Assembly (NCBI GenBank): GCA_963738405.1
Contig: CAVTWJ010000001.1
Span: forward strand, 186,142 to 250,141
DNA from: a candidate division FCPU426 bacterium
Lineage (GTDB): Bacteria > Oederibacteriota > Muellerivitia > Muellerivitales > Muellerivitaceae
Length of the DNA stretch: 64,000 nucleotides
Reading direction: 5' to 3'
Shown here: positions 39,302 through 50,348 of the stretch, piece by piece
Layout of the letters: each line of letters begins with the position of its first letter
How positions within the stretch are numbered: the stretch's first letter is position 1
Notes under the pieces: generated by a model
Told to the model about the DNA's origin: nothing
Database searches by the model: none
The model's input: only the letters and a program-made list of their open reading frames with translations
Position numbers and translations under genes: made by a program

Positions 39302-41989
39302 ATGAATTCTTGGCGTTATTTCGCTTTGGGGTTGATGATCTCCTTAATCGGAGGAACCACTCTCTTTTTCGGTTGTACACGCCAAATTGCCGTACCGGTC
39401 AGCCCTGGATCTTATTTCTCTCCAACTCCCACCCCAATCCTCCCCGCCAATGGTGTTTGGAACCTCAATTTTAATCCTGGTGGCGGCACACAGGTTACCG
39501 TTACTCAATCCGGGACGAATGTAACAGTGACTGGAAATGTTGGCGGAACGCCTTTTACCCTGAGCGGAACGGTTTCTGGAAATTCCATTACCCTTACCAA
39601 CGGTAGTGGCACGACCATCGCTGGTACTTTGTCTGGAACTCCAACCTCAGGAACCACCATTACGGGCACTTATACAGCAACGGGTATTCCTGGTCTTACA
39701 AGTGGAACGGTCAATGGTAATTATGTTGGGACGCCTACCCCCACATTTACAATCACACAAACCTTAACTGCTACCCAGACTCCGATTGGTCCAACAGCCA
39801 CCGGAACAAGTACCTTTACGCCTTCGTCGACTTCAACTTCGACTTCGACGGCTACGGGTACGTCGACAAACACTCCTACCGGGCCAACCGCCACGCCCAC
39901 GGACACGGGAACGGCTACTTCAACGGGCACACCCACTTTAACCCCGACCGTTACCAATTCGCCTACACAAACACTAACCTTAACATCCACTGGCACGCCG
40001 ACTCAAACTGCAACAGCAACTCCGAACCCCTTGATGATTGCTGATTTTGAGGAAGGTCAAGCCCAAGACATCCTTCAACTTGGACGGGATGCCTACTGGT
40101 ATATCGTTCCAGATGGTGTTAGTACCTTGAATTTTGCCCCGACGACTCTTGTGACGGGTGGTCCCGGTGGCGCGTCTGACCATGCGATCTCTGTGACCGG
40201 CAGTACTCCCGGAAGCGGAAGCATTTATGCGGCTCTTCAAGGAGATTTTGTCTCAACCAAAGCTTCTTACAACCTTTACACCGCTGGTGGAAATACAGCG
40301 AATAACAACGCAACTGGGTTTGTTTTTTACATCATTGGGTCGGGACCTGGGTCAGTTTGGTTTAATGTTTCAGACCAGGCCACAACAGCTTCATCGGACA
40401 ACGCGGGCTATACAGTTCCCATAACTAGCAGTTGGACTGCTGTCACGGTTTTCTTTGACAGGATGCAGAGTCAGGGGTGGGGTGCTCCTGGACACATGTT
40501 TGATCCGACTACCGCCATTAGTTTTGCTTGGAAAGTTACGAGTACCAGTTCGACCATCAATTTCGCCGTGGATGACTTCCAATTGACCACCGCAACGGCG
40601 CCTCCGACCTGGACACCAACACCCACGCCTAATCCTGCTTTGATCGATGATTTTGAGGGGCCAACTAGCTCCTTCTCGGACAGCGTGAGCAATATTTATG
40701 TATATCAAGACTCGAATAGTAACTGGCGTGATGGTTATTGGTTCGAGTTTTCAGACGTCTCCGGAAGTTTTGCGGCAGGGGCTGGAAATCCTGGAACCGG
40801 GTTAGAATTCACTGGGTCTATGAGTGTTGCGGCCGGATTGCAGTTTAATTTCACAAATCCGGGCACGGGTTGTGCTCATAATTGTGGCGTGTCTTATTAC
40901 GACGCAACCGTTGGCGGGACCTATACTGGAATTCGGTTCGATATCATGGCGCCTTCGCTTCCAGTGACGCTTTGTTCCGCAGAAGCGGCTCTTCCTTTAC
41001 GCGTGGATATGATTAATAACGCTCCAGTGTCCGATTGGAACCAAACCATTCCACTTACGACTTCTTGGCAGGCAGTGACTGTTTATTATGATCGAGCCAA
41101 GAATGCGAATGGAGCATTTATGGCGCCTGCTGACGCAGCCAACATGCTTGGGGTTAAATTTGTGCCTATCAATAATGCCGTTCCAATCAACTTTGATTTC
41201 ATCATAGACAATGTTCAATTTGTGTCGGGGGCTGATCCAAAGCCGCCTTCAGCCATTACTGCCAAGACGATCGATAATTTTGAGGACGGGGATAATCAAG
41301 CGCTTTGGACGGATGGCGGGAGTATTACCCCGGGATATTGGTACACCTATGCTGGTACTTCCAATACGGGTAATCCTTCCGCAGACCCAGGCGGTTCGAT
41401 CTGGACAATCTGTCCCAGCGCTGGAGCTTTGGGAGGGACCTTCTTTCCGAGCACCCCAGGGAATACGGCGGTTGCGGGATCCTCAAATCTTTGGGCCGCC
41501 CATGTCACTGGAACTTGGGGGGATGAAAGTTATCCATTCCTTGGCTTGGGCTTAAACCTTGCCCAACCGAGAGCCCAGGTCGATCTTTCTGCGAATGCTG
41601 GGGTGAGTTTTTACGCCAAAGTGGACCCAACTTCAGTTGGCAATGTCTTTTACGTGAAATTCCCCAGTGCTTATACCGATCCTGCTGCGGGTATTTGCAC
41701 GGATTGTTCTAACGATTATGGAGTGCCCTTCACCTTTACAACGACTTGGCAGCCATACGTTATCAATTTTAGCGGCTCTACCAATTATCCAGTTCAACAG
41801 GCTTATTGGGGTTGCCCGGGGAACGACGGCGGTTGTACCTCCCCTGATTTTGCGACAGGTACTGGGTATACTTTGACGAAAACTCCTTTGCAAACTATAT
41901 ACGCCATACAGTTCCAGACTAACGGTAGCGCGGCCACGAACCCTGGTGTTTATTACAATTACTCCGTGGATGATGTGACGTTCTTCTAA
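39302..41989 (+). CDS. lipoprotein with Thr-Pro linker and three CBM11/CIA30-like carbohydrate-binding domains
   Basis: Lipobox LFFGC; three modules each opening I(A/D)(D/N)FE and closing (F/Y)x(V/I)D(D/N)xxF/L; no catalytic domain seen. Confidence 0.65.
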   Translation: MNSWRYFALGLMISLIGGTTLFFGCTRQIAVPVSPGSYFSPTPTPILPANGVWNLNFNPGGGTQVTVTQSGTNVTVTGNVGGTPFTLSGTVSGNSITLTNGSGTTIAGTLSGTPTSGTTITGTYTATGIPGLTSGTVNGNYVGTPTPTFTITQTLTATQTPIGPTATGTSTFTPSSTSTSTSTATGTSTNTPTGPTATPTDTGTATSTGTPTLTPTVTNSPTQTLTLTSTGTPTQTATATPNPLMIADFEEGQAQDILQLGRDAYWYIVPDGVSTLNFAPTTLVTGGPGGASDHAISVTGSTPGSGSIYAALQGDFVSTKASYNLYTAGGNTANNNATGFVFYIIGSGPGSVWFNVSDQATTASSDNAGYTVPITSSWTAVTVFFDRMQSQGWGAPGHMFDPTTAISFAWKVTSTSSTINFAVDDFQLTTATAPPTWTPTPTPNPALIDDFEGPTSSFSDSVSNIYVYQDSNSNWRDGYWFEFSDVSGSFAAGAGNPGTGLEFTGSMSVAAGLQFNFTNPGTGCAHNCGVSYYDATVGGTYTGIRFDIMAPSLPVTLCSAEAALPLRVDMINNAPVSDWNQTIPLTTSWQAVTVYYDRAKNANGAFMAPADAANMLGVKFVPINNAVPINFDFIIDNVQFVSGADPKPPSAITAKTIDNFEDGDNQALWTDGGSITPGYWYTYAGTSNTGNPSADPGGSIWTICPSAGALGGTFFPSTPGNTAVAGSSNLWAAHVTGTWGDESYPFLGLGLNLAQPRAQVDLSANAGVSFYAKVDPTSVGNVFYVKFPSAYTDPAAGICTDCSNDYGVPFTFTTTWQPYVINFSGSTNYPVQQAYWGCPGNDGGCTSPDFATGTGYTLTKTPLQTIYAIQFQTNGSAATNPGVYYNYSVDDVTFF

Positions 41990-42003
41990 GATTTGCCTTT
42001 CCG

Positions 42004-42037
42004 AAGCCCGTTCCTATTTAGGGGACGGGCTTTTTTT
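42004..42037 (+). terminator. intrinsic terminator
   Basis: aagcccgttcct-attt-aggggacgggc followed by T7. Confidence 0.85.
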
Positions 42038-42091
42038 GTGTCCCCCGGTTCCTCCCTTGAATAAAACCAAACTGTGTCCCACAATTCAACC

Positions 42092-44080
42092 ATGGATTTT
42101 CAAATCATTTCCGATTACAAGCCGATGGGGGATCAACCCCAGGCTATTGAAAAGCTGGGGCAGGGGTTAAAGGAAGGCGTTCCACGACAGACTCTTTTGG
42201 GGGTTACGGGATCGGGCAAAACCTTCACCATGGCGCAAGTAATACAACAAGCCAAACGGCCAGCCCTTGTTGTTTCCCACAACAAAACCCTCGCGGCACA
42301 GCTTTATAGCGAATTCAAGGAATTTTTTCCCAATAACGCGGTGGCCTATTTCGTCAGCTATTACGATTATTACCAGCCTGAAGCCTACATCCCGCATACC
42401 GACACGTTTATTGAAAAGGACGCTTCGATCAACATGGAATTGGATCGGCTTCGGCTGGAAGCTACCGCTCTTTTGCAGGAGAGGCGGGATGTGATTATCG
42501 TAGCGTCGGTTTCATGTATTTACGGACTAGGTTCTCCCGAGCATTACAAGAACATGCACCTGGTGATCCGGGAAGGACAGGAGACCCTCCGTGAGCAGTT
42601 TTTACGCGACTTGGTTGGCATCCAGTACGCCCGTAATGACATTGATTTCACCAGAGGGAAGTTTAGGGTTAAGGGCGATGTGGTGGAGATATTTCCAGCC
42701 TATGGCGAGAATCCCTTCCGAATCGAGTTCTTTGGTGACGAAGTTGAAAAAATATCTGAAATCGATCCGGTTACGGGTAAGGCTTTGAACCGCCGAACGG
42801 TATTACCTATTTACCCCGCTAAACACTATGTCATGCCTGAAAAAGTGGTGCAGGGAGCGGTTGCGAACATTCGTGACGAGCTTCGAGTCAGGCTTCAGGA
42901 ATTTAATCAGCTTAACAAACTCGTTGAGGCACAACGGTTAGAACAAAGAACCCAGTTTGACCTGGAAATGATTGAGGAGATGGGCTATTGCCAGGGCATT
43001 GAAAACTATAGCCGACATTTTGATGGACGAAACCCCGGCGACCCTCCCTATACCTTGTTGGATTATTTCCCCAAAGATTTTATTACTTTCATCGATGAGT
43101 CTCATGTGACTCAGCCCCAGTTGCGGGGGATGTTTAATGGCGACTTTTCTAGAAAAAAAAACCTGGTGGAATACGGATTTCGCCTCCCCTGCGCCTTTGA
43201 CAATAGGCCCCTGAGGTTTGAAGAATTCAATAAAAAGGTGGGACAGGTTATCTTTGTTTCAGCCACACCCACGCCGGAGGAAATCAAGTTGAGTCAGGGC
43301 TGGGTGGCCGAGCAGATCATTCGTCCGACGGGACTGATGGACCCAGAAATCGAGATCCGTCCGGCGATAAGTCAAGTGGACGACTTGATAGGTGAAATTC
43401 GTTTGAGAATCGAAAAACAACAGAGAACCCTGGTTACCACATTGACGAAGAAGATGGCAGAGGATCTTTCTCATTATTTGAAACAATTGAATGTCAAAGT
43501 GGCCTATCTTCATTCTGATGTGGAAACACTGGATCGAGTGCGGGTTATCCGTGATTTACGGTTGGGGGTTTATGATGTGCTGGTGGGTGTGAACCTTCTG
43601 CGAGAAGGACTGGATCTACCCGAGGTTTCCCTAGTGGCGGTATTAGACGCCGATAAGGAAGGCTTTTTAAGATCGGAAACATCTCTTATGCAAACTTCCG
43701 GCCGGGCGGCTCGAAATGTGGATGGAAAAGTCATTTTTTACGCCGATAAAAAAACAGAATCGATCCGAAAGACGATTGAAGAGGTAAATCGGCGACGCAA
43801 AATCCAAGGCGAATATAACCAAAAGAACGGCATTACCCCAACGACGGTAAAGAAACAAATTCGTGAAATTCTCGGGACTGTCTATGAGGCTGATTACTAC
43901 ACGGTTCCTTTGGCCGCGGAAGAGGGCATTGAATTCATAGCAACCGAGGCCGTACCTCGCAAGATCATGGATTTGGAAAAGGAAATGTTGGTAAAGGCCA
44001 AAAACTACGAATACGAACGGGCGGCTGAGTTGAGGGATCAAATCCGTCGTCTGCGCGAAAAACTTCAATCTCCCGCATGA
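42092..44080 (+). CDS. uvrB: excinuclease ABC subunit B
   Basis: [33 protein letters not shown]-terminal UVR domain. Confidence 0.98.
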   Translation: MDFQIISDYKPMGDQPQAIEKLGQGLKEGVPRQTLLGVTGSGKTFTMAQVIQQAKRPALVVSHNKTLAAQLYSEFKEFFPNNAVAYFVSYYDYYQPEAYIPHTDTFIEKDASINMELDRLRLEATALLQERRDVIIVASVSCIYGLGSPEHYKNMHLVIREGQETLREQFLRDLVGIQYARNDIDFTRGKFRVKGDVVEIFPAYGENPFRIEFFGDEVEKISEIDPVTGKALNRRTVLPIYPAKHYVMPEKVVQGAVANIRDELRVRLQEFNQLNKLVEAQRLEQRTQFDLEMIEEMGYCQGIENYSRHFDGRNPGDPPYTLLDYFPKDFITFIDESHVTQPQLRGMFNGDFSRKKNLVEYGFRLPCAFDNRPLRFEEFNKKVGQVIFVSATPTPEEIKLSQGWVAEQIIRPTGLMDPEIEIRPAISQVDDLIGEIRLRIEKQQRTLVTTLTKKMAEDLSHYLKQLNVKVAYLHSDVETLDRVRVIRDLRLGVYDVLVGVNLLREGLDLPEVSLVAVLDADKEGFLRSETSLMQTSGRAARNVDGKVIFYADKKTESIRKTIEEVNRRRKIQGEYNQKNGITPTTVKKQIREILGTVYEADYYTVPLAAEEGIEFIATEAVPRKIMDLEKEMLVKAKNYEYERAAELRDQIRRLREKLQSPA

Positions 44081-45909
44081 ACCCGTCGGATACCGTAATT
44101 CCATCGGCCCCTGAGGCTGGAATGTTGGAGAATCTCAAAAAACTTTCGGCCTCTTTCCCCGACTCTCCGGGTGTTTACCTCTTTCGCAACGCCCAGGGAA
44201 AGGTCATTTATGTCGGTAAGGCCCTTTCGCTTAAGAAACGGACCGCCTCTTATTTCAACGCTGCTGGACAAGCAACCCCTAAGGTAAGGGCCCTGACCCG
44301 CCAATCGTCAAATTTGGAATATGTTTTAACAGCGGACGAAAACCAGGCTTTGCTTTTAGAAAGCAACTTGATCAAAAAACACCGACCGCGTTACAACGTC
44401 GTTCTACGTGATGATAAAAGCTATCCCTATTTAAAGCTGACGATCAATGAGGATTTTCCCCGAATTCTGATATCACGCCGAACCCTCCCTGATGGCGCGC
44501 GTTATTACGGACCCTACCCCAACATGAAGGTACGGGAAATCGTCAAAATGGTCCACCGCTTCTTTAATTTACGCGACTGCGACATGGAAATTGATGGCAA
44601 GGCGGAAAGGGCCTGTATCAGTTTTCAGATTCGACAATGCCCTGCCCCCTGCACGGGCCAAGCTTCAAAGGCCGAATATGCCAAGCTAGTCAAAAGGGTC
44701 CAGTGGTTTTTGGAAGGCCGCCATGAAGAATTAATCCAATATGTGCGGGATGAAATGCATGTCGAGGCAGAAAGGCAAGAATTTGAAGAGGCCGCTAAAC
44801 TCCGTGACCTTTTAGGTTCCTTGGAAAAACTACAATTGGAAAGTGCGGTTATTACCGCCGAGAAAAAAGACCTGGATGTGGTAGCCCTGGCTCAGGGTTT
44901 AGGAAAGGTTCTGGCATCGGTCCTGCGGGTCCGGCAAGGCAAGGTGGTTGATCACGTTCGTTTCATTTTGGATAACGAAATGGAACAGGAACTTCCTGAT
45001 GTTCTGCCTCTCTTTTTGAACCAGCTTTATTCCGCCGGGCTCTTTATTCCGGAAGAGATATTGATTTCAAATGATTTCCTCTTTTCCTCGGAATTGGTAA
45101 AAAAACTTGAGGAATGTAGGGGAGGCGCGGTGAAATTAACCCTACCTCACGAGGATTGGCATAAACAACTAATGACCATGGCCGAAGCCAATGTTTTATC
45201 CGCCCTAAGGGAAGATTTACGGCAAATGGAGGTTTTGAAGGAACTCCAAGGTCTTTTGAACCTGCCTCAGCTACCACGGTTGATTGCCTGTTTCGACATC
45301 TCGACCCTTCAAGGCGCGCATACGGTAGGTTCGGCGGTATTGTTCAGGGATGGAGCTCCGGACAAAGACAGATATCGTAAATTTAAGATCAGGGAACAAA
45401 CGGGACAAGACGACTTTCGAGCGCATGAGGAAATGATGCGCCGCTATATTCGACTCGTGGGGCGTGAGGGGCTGCCTCTCCCAGATCTTTTTTTGATTGA
45501 CGGCGGTAAGGGTCAGCTTAGTTCGGTTTATCCTGTTTTGCTCAAGGAAATGGGTCAAGAATTTGGCCTGGCGTCACTCGCCAAGCGGGAAGAGGAGGTT
45601 TTTGTCCCGGGAATATCCACTCCGGTGGACTTTAAAGGCCATTTAAAAGCCCGATTTTTGTTGCAAAGGGTTCGGGATGAATCGCATCGGTTCGCGGTTG
45701 GATATCACCGTACATTAAGGGACAAACAAACACTTGATTCACTTCTTCAGCAGGTAAAGGGAATTGGACCTTCCCGCTTAAGAGCTCTTTTCAACCGATT
45801 TGAAACCTTACAGCAGATGAAAGAAGCGACTTTAGAGGATTTGGCTTTGGTTCCGGGATTTTCAAGGGACTTGGCAAGCAGACTTTTTGCTGTTTTTCAC
45901 CCGCTTTAA
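44077..45909 (+). CDS. uvrC: excinuclease ABC subunit C
   Basis: PGVY..IYVGKA GIY-YIG domain, [26 protein letters not shown], HhH. Confidence 0.97.
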   Translation: MNPSDTVIPSAPEAGMLENLKKLSASFPDSPGVYLFRNAQGKVIYVGKALSLKKRTASYFNAAGQATPKVRALTRQSSNLEYVLTADENQALLLESNLIKKHRPRYNVVLRDDKSYPYLKLTINEDFPRILISRRTLPDGARYYGPYPNMKVREIVKMVHRFFNLRDCDMEIDGKAERACISFQIRQCPAPCTGQASKAEYAKLVKRVQWFLEGRHEELIQYVRDEMHVEAERQEFEEAAKLRDLLGSLEKLQLESAVITAEKKDLDVVALAQGLGKVLASVLRVRQGKVVDHVRFILDNEMEQELPDVLPLFLNQLYSAGLFIPEEILISNDFLFSSELVKKLEECRGGAVKLTLPHEDWHKQLMTMAEANVLSALREDLRQMEVLKELQGLLNLPQLPRLIACFDISTLQGAHTVGSAVLFRDGAPDKDRYRKFKIREQTGQDDFRAHEEMMRRYIRLVGREGLPLPDLFLIDGGKGQLSSVYPVLLKEMGQEFGLASLAKREEEVFVPGISTPVDFKGHLKARFLLQRVRDESHRFAVGYHRTLRDKQTLDSLLQQVKGIGPSRLRALFNRFETLQQMKEATLEDLALVPGFSRDLASRLFAVFHPL

Positions 45910-46051
45910 AGACGTTTCCTGAGTTTATTCATCTAAACCCTCAAAACAGTCAAAAATTTCACAAACTGTATTTGGAGTGTTACAATTCAGCCATGTTGTC
46001 AATCAGACTCCGCCGTCAATATTGTGACGTCATTTCATGGGACTTTAATTC

Positions 46052-47938
46052 ATGAAACCACAAAAACTCTTCTTTCGTGGAAGCGTATTAGCCGAATGGG
46101 TCAGCCGAACCCTTTTCGTTGGCATTGTGATCCTTTTTGTTTATGGCGGCTTTGCTTATTACGTATCCAAGAAAACCTTTGATGATGAGATGGGGAACCG
46201 TTTGTTGGTGATAGCGCGTCTGACAGCGGGTCAAACCCAAGCCGATTGGCTGCCTTTTCTAGAAGGGAAAGGGGACACTCTTTACCGTAAGTTACAGGCC
46301 TTTCTGGATCAAAAAAAGCATGAAAGCATGGCTAGAAACATCTTCATTCTAGACGAAAGCGGAAGGGTGCTGGTGGACGCCAATGGGCAGTATGAGTTCA
46401 AGGAAACCAATTGGTTGAAAGATTTGGATCCGGAGCCTTTTAAGCAAGCGGTTCAAGGGGTTCCCGCAGTATCTATCCTTTTTCCTGAACGAGATGGGGG
46501 AATTTATAAGATTGGTTACAGCCCTCTTTACATGAAGAATGGAAGGGTGGGTGCGGTTTTGGGTGTGGAAGCAAGCGCTAATTTTATAGATGGGTTGACC
46601 CAATTTGCGAAAATCCTATTTATTTTTGGTTTGGCCTGTCTTTTTTTGATGGGTGGACTTCTTTACGCATTTGGCCGAAGGTTCATCGCCCCTATTGAGG
46701 AGATGGCGAGTGTTTCGATTCGGATAGCGGAAGGGGATTTCAGCCAGAGGGTTGGCTTTACCGCCACCAACGAATTAGGCGCCCTAGCGCATGCTTTTAA
46801 TGATATGGCCAAACGTCTTCAAACTCACAATGAATATATTTTAGAAAGCATGTCGAACGGACTGGTGGTGGCGGATTGGCGGGGAACCGTCACAAGTTTT
46901 AACCGCGCGGCTTCCATGATTCTTGAAATTCCACAAGGGGAAATCATCGGACGGCACTATGAAGAAGCTTTTGAACCCTATCCGGTTTTCCGGGACGCCA
47001 TTAAGTCCCGTTTGTTGAAGAGAGGCCAGGAGGTCGACACGGAGATCAATTTAAGCGAGGAATCCCCCAAGTTTTTACGCCTTCGAAGCGCGCCCCTCCT
47101 GGGCGCCGAGGGGCAGGAATTGGGAATGGAAATTCTATTTTCAGATGAAACGCAAGTGCGAAAACTTCAGGCCCAGATCAAGGCATCGGAAAAAATGGCC
47201 ACCATCGGAGAATTAGCGGCAGGTATTGCCCATGAAATACGAAATCCATTGGGCGCCATGAAGGGCTTTACCGAAATTTTATCCAAAAAACTTCAGAAGC
47301 AACCCGAAACCAAGGAAATGGTTGCCGATATCGCTGCCGAAATAGAAATTCTTAACAAGATTGTCACGAATTTCCTTGTGTTTGCCCGTCCGACGACTCT
47401 GGAAACTCAGGACGCGGACGCCTCGGAAGTAATATTGGCTTTATTGCCGCTGGTTCAGCAGGAGGCCTCACAAAAAAAAGTGCGTGTCCGATGGGAAGGC
47501 GAAGAACCGATTTGGCTTTCTCTTGACGTCGAGCAGTTTCGACGAGCTGTTTTGAATTTGGCTTTAAACGCCGTTCAGGCCTCGCCCAAGGGAGGCCTCG
47601 TTACGCTCGGAATCAGGAGATTTAACCGTTCGGACTTGGTTCAATTTCTCCACCAACAAGGAGCGATAGGCCTCATCCCCCAAGAAACAGAACCCCAATG
47701 GTGCTGTTTTTGGGTGGAGGATGAGGGCGGTGGAATCGCTCCGGAAAATCTTTCCAAACTCTTTACGCCGTTTTTCACCACCAAAACCGAGGGTTTCGGG
47801 CTCGGTCTTTCCATCACTCAAAAAATTGCTGAAGCTCTCGGGGGCCAGGTAGCCGGGATCAACCGGCCGGACGGCGGGGCCAGATTCCTCATGATTCTTC
47901 CGGCCCAAAAAATAAAATCGGAGGCAGTGACGATATGA
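46052..47938 (+). CDS. sensor histidine kinase (periplasmic sensor, HAMP, PAS)
   Basis: AHEIRNPL, NAVQA, D.GGGI, FTPFFTTK..G.GLGL. Confidence 0.95.
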   Translation: MKPQKLFFRGSVLAEWVSRTLFVGIVILFVYGGFAYYVSKKTFDDEMGNRLLVIARLTAGQTQADWLPFLEGKGDTLYRKLQAFLDQKKHESMARNIFILDESGRVLVDANGQYEFKETNWLKDLDPEPFKQAVQGVPAVSILFPERDGGIYKIGYSPLYMKNGRVGAVLGVEASANFIDGLTQFAKILFIFGLACLFLMGGLLYAFGRRFIAPIEEMASVSIRIAEGDFSQRVGFTATNELGALAHAFNDMAKRLQTHNEYILESMSNGLVVADWRGTVTSFNRAASMILEIPQGEIIGRHYEEAFEPYPVFRDAIKSRLLKRGQEVDTEINLSEESPKFLRLRSAPLLGAEGQELGMEILFSDETQVRKLQAQIKASEKMATIGELAAGIAHEIRNPLGAMKGFTEILSKKLQKQPETKEMVADIAAEIEILNKIVTNFLVFARPTTLETQDADASEVILALLPLVQQEASQKKVRVRWEGEEPIWLSLDVEQFRRAVLNLALNAVQASPKGGLVTLGIRRFNRSDLVQFLHQQGAIGLIPQETEPQWCCFWVEDEGGGIAPENLSKLFTPFFTTKTEGFGLGLSITQKIAEALGGQVAGINRPDGGARFLMILPAQKIKSEAVTI

Positions 47939-49329
47939 GCACTATTCTTCTCGTGGATGATAAATCGAGCATGCGAAAGGTACTGCGGCAAACCCTGGAA
48001 GGGGATCCCCATCAGATATTGGAGGCAGAGGACGGTGAAAAAGCCCTGGAAACCATTAAAACCAAACATGTGGACGTGATTATTACCGATATCAAGATGC
48101 CAAAGGTGGACGGAATGACCTTGCTTCGGATGATCAAGGAATTGGACTCAGAAATCGTGGTCATCATCATGACGGCTTATGGCACCATTGAAACCGCTGT
48201 AGAGGCTATGAAGTTGGGGGCTTACGATTACATCACGAAACCATTTTCCACTGAACAGGTTAAGTTGACCGTGGAAAAGGCAGTCGAGCGCCAAAAACTG
48301 GTTTATGAAAACAAATACCTTCGGGAAAAGCTTAACGACCAATACAACTATAAGCGGATCGTGGGCAACAGCCCCTCCATGCAGCCGGTATATGAGTTGA
48401 TAGACAAAGTGGCGCCAACCGATACGGCCGTCCTGATTCGTGGTGATTCGGGAACGGGTAAGGAATTAGTAGCCCATGCCATTCATTTTAACAGCCGTCG
48501 TAAGGACAAGCCTTTCATTAAGGTCAACTGCGCTGTTTTGGCCGAAGGGGTCTTGGAAAGCGAATTGTTCGGACACGAAAGGGGTTCGTTCACGGGCGCC
48601 GCAGGAAAACGAATCGGACGTTTTGAATTGGCAAGCGGCGGGTCAATATTTTTGGATGAAATTGGAGATATCAGCCTCTCCACACAGGTTAAATTATTAA
48701 GGGTCCTCCAGGAAAAAGAATTTGAGAGGGTCGGCGGAACCGAGAATATTCGGGCGGATGTAAGGGTGATTGCCGCTACGAACAAGAATTTGGAAGAGGG
48801 AATCAAGAAAGGTCAGTTTCGGGAGGATCTTTTTTTTAGACTCAATGTTGTACCCATTTTTGTTCCGCCCTTGCGGGAGCGTCGCGAGGATATCGAACGG
48901 TTGGCGCAGCATTTTCTTAATCGATACGGTCTAGAGGCGAACAAAAAAATTAACAAGATCGATAAAAAAGCGATGGATCTTATGATCCGCTACAACTGGC
49001 CCGGGAATGTTCGGGAATTGGAAAATGCGGTTCAAAGAGCGGTGGTTTTATCGGACGCGGATACCATTTACCCTTCCAACCTTCCGTTGGATATCCAGTC
49101 CTATCAAAAGGACGAGTCGGTGCATTATTTGGGTGAAAACGCAAGCCTGACAGAGAAGGTGGAAAATTACGAAAAAGAGCTAATTTTAAAATCTATGGAA
49201 AAAGCTAATCATGTTCAAACCAAGGCGGCAAAATTGTTGGATATCAACCGAACAGCTCTTATTTATAAGCTTAAGAAGTATGGGCTTTTGTCGGAAGCTA
49301 CTTCTGCGGTGGAAGACGAAACGACATGA
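47935..49329 (+). CDS. NtrC/AtoC-family sigma54-dependent response regulator
   Basis: Receiver, GDSGTGKE, ESELFGHERGSFTGA, WPGNVREL, C-terminal HTH. Confidence 0.96.
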   Translation: MSTILLVDDKSSMRKVLRQTLEGDPHQILEAEDGEKALETIKTKHVDVIITDIKMPKVDGMTLLRMIKELDSEIVVIIMTAYGTIETAVEAMKLGAYDYITKPFSTEQVKLTVEKAVERQKLVYENKYLREKLNDQYNYKRIVGNSPSMQPVYELIDKVAPTDTAVLIRGDSGTGKELVAHAIHFNSRRKDKPFIKVNCAVLAEGVLESELFGHERGSFTGAAGKRIGRFELASGGSIFLDEIGDISLSTQVKLLRVLQEKEFERVGGTENIRADVRVIAATNKNLEEGIKKGQFREDLFFRLNVVPIFVPPLRERREDIERLAQHFLNRYGLEANKKINKIDKKAMDLMIRYNWPGNVRELENAVQRAVVLSDADTIYPSNLPLDIQSYQKDESVHYLGENASLTEKVENYEKELILKSMEKANHVQTKAAKLLDINRTALIYKLKKYGLLSEATSAVEDETT

Positions 49330-50348
49330 AGCGAGTTTTTTCACTCCTGGCGGCCCTGTTGTTTTGGGGCTTCATTTCCGGCCAGGTATTGCCCCAGGAA
49401 TCCAACCACTCGAGTTCCGAAGATTTGAATAAAGGGGAAGTCCCTCTGAGTGGTTTTGTTCCTGGGGACTCCGCAACTCTTATATCCCCGGAAAAATACG
49501 CTTCAGTCATATCGCGGTTTGAGACGGAAACCCTAGGGCTTGCGGCTGATCTCGATTCGCTCAAGACCAACCAGATCAAACTTCAAAACCAAATCCAAGT
49601 TTTAGAGGCCAAAGTTAAGTCCGAAAGGGAAAATAATCCGACAGCTTTGAATGTTTTTGAGAATGCGAAATTGAACAATATTTTGAGCGATCTTCAACAG
49701 AAGCTGGAAGCGAATTCAAAAATAGAAAAGACTTATCAACAGACCCGAAGCAACTTTGAACAAAAAGCACTTTCTCTTCTCTCGCTTTATAACGATTGGA
49801 TTGATGCGAATTTAGCATCTGCATCTAACGCCGCCTCCATTTCTCTTGATGAACGATTGAATTTGTTGGTACAAGTCGTAAAAAAAAGAGCGAAAATTAA
49901 ATATTTATTGCAAAGCTACCGAACGTCAGAAGAGTCCGTGCCTGTTTTCAATCCTGCGGACTTTAAAGAACTTGATACTCAAGATCGTGAAAGCAAACAA
50001 TTGGCAATGGATTTGTTGAGAGACCGAAAAAAAACTCTTGAAGACCGTTTGGATCGATTGGCATTGGAAGTGGATGAAATTAAAAACGAAATTAAGCTTC
50101 AGGGGAAAATGCAGGATTTTCTCGAAGATATTCAAAGGATGAACGAGGATTCCTCCTTTCCTAGGGGTAGTCTTAAACGGAATGACCTTCAAAGTTACAT
50201 GGGTAAAAATTCAACCAACGGACTGGAGGGCCGATTAGCGGAATTGGGAAAAGAGATTTACCAGGACCGTCAAAGCCTAACCCAAATGGATTCTTCGATT
50301 GTTCGTCTGGAAGGTGGCGTTGGAGAAAAGAAAGGTGGCCGCCCATGA
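49326..50348 (+). CDS. exported coiled-coil hypothetical protein
   Basis: Signal peptide, heptad-rich; ATGA overlaps on both sides. Confidence 0.65.
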   Translation: MKRVFSLLAALLFWGFISGQVLPQESNHSSSEDLNKGEVPLSGFVPGDSATLISPEKYASVISRFETETLGLAADLDSLKTNQIKLQNQIQVLEAKVKSERENNPTALNVFENAKLNNILSDLQQKLEANSKIEKTYQQTRSNFEQKALSLLSLYNDWIDANLASASNAASISLDERLNLLVQVVKKRAKIKYLLQSYRTSEESVPVFNPADFKELDTQDRESKQLAMDLLRDRKKTLEDRLDRLALEVDEIKNEIKLQGKMQDFLEDIQRMNEDSSFPRGSLKRNDLQSYMGKNSTNGLEGRLAELGKEIYQDRQSLTQMDSSIVRLEGGVGEKKGGRP

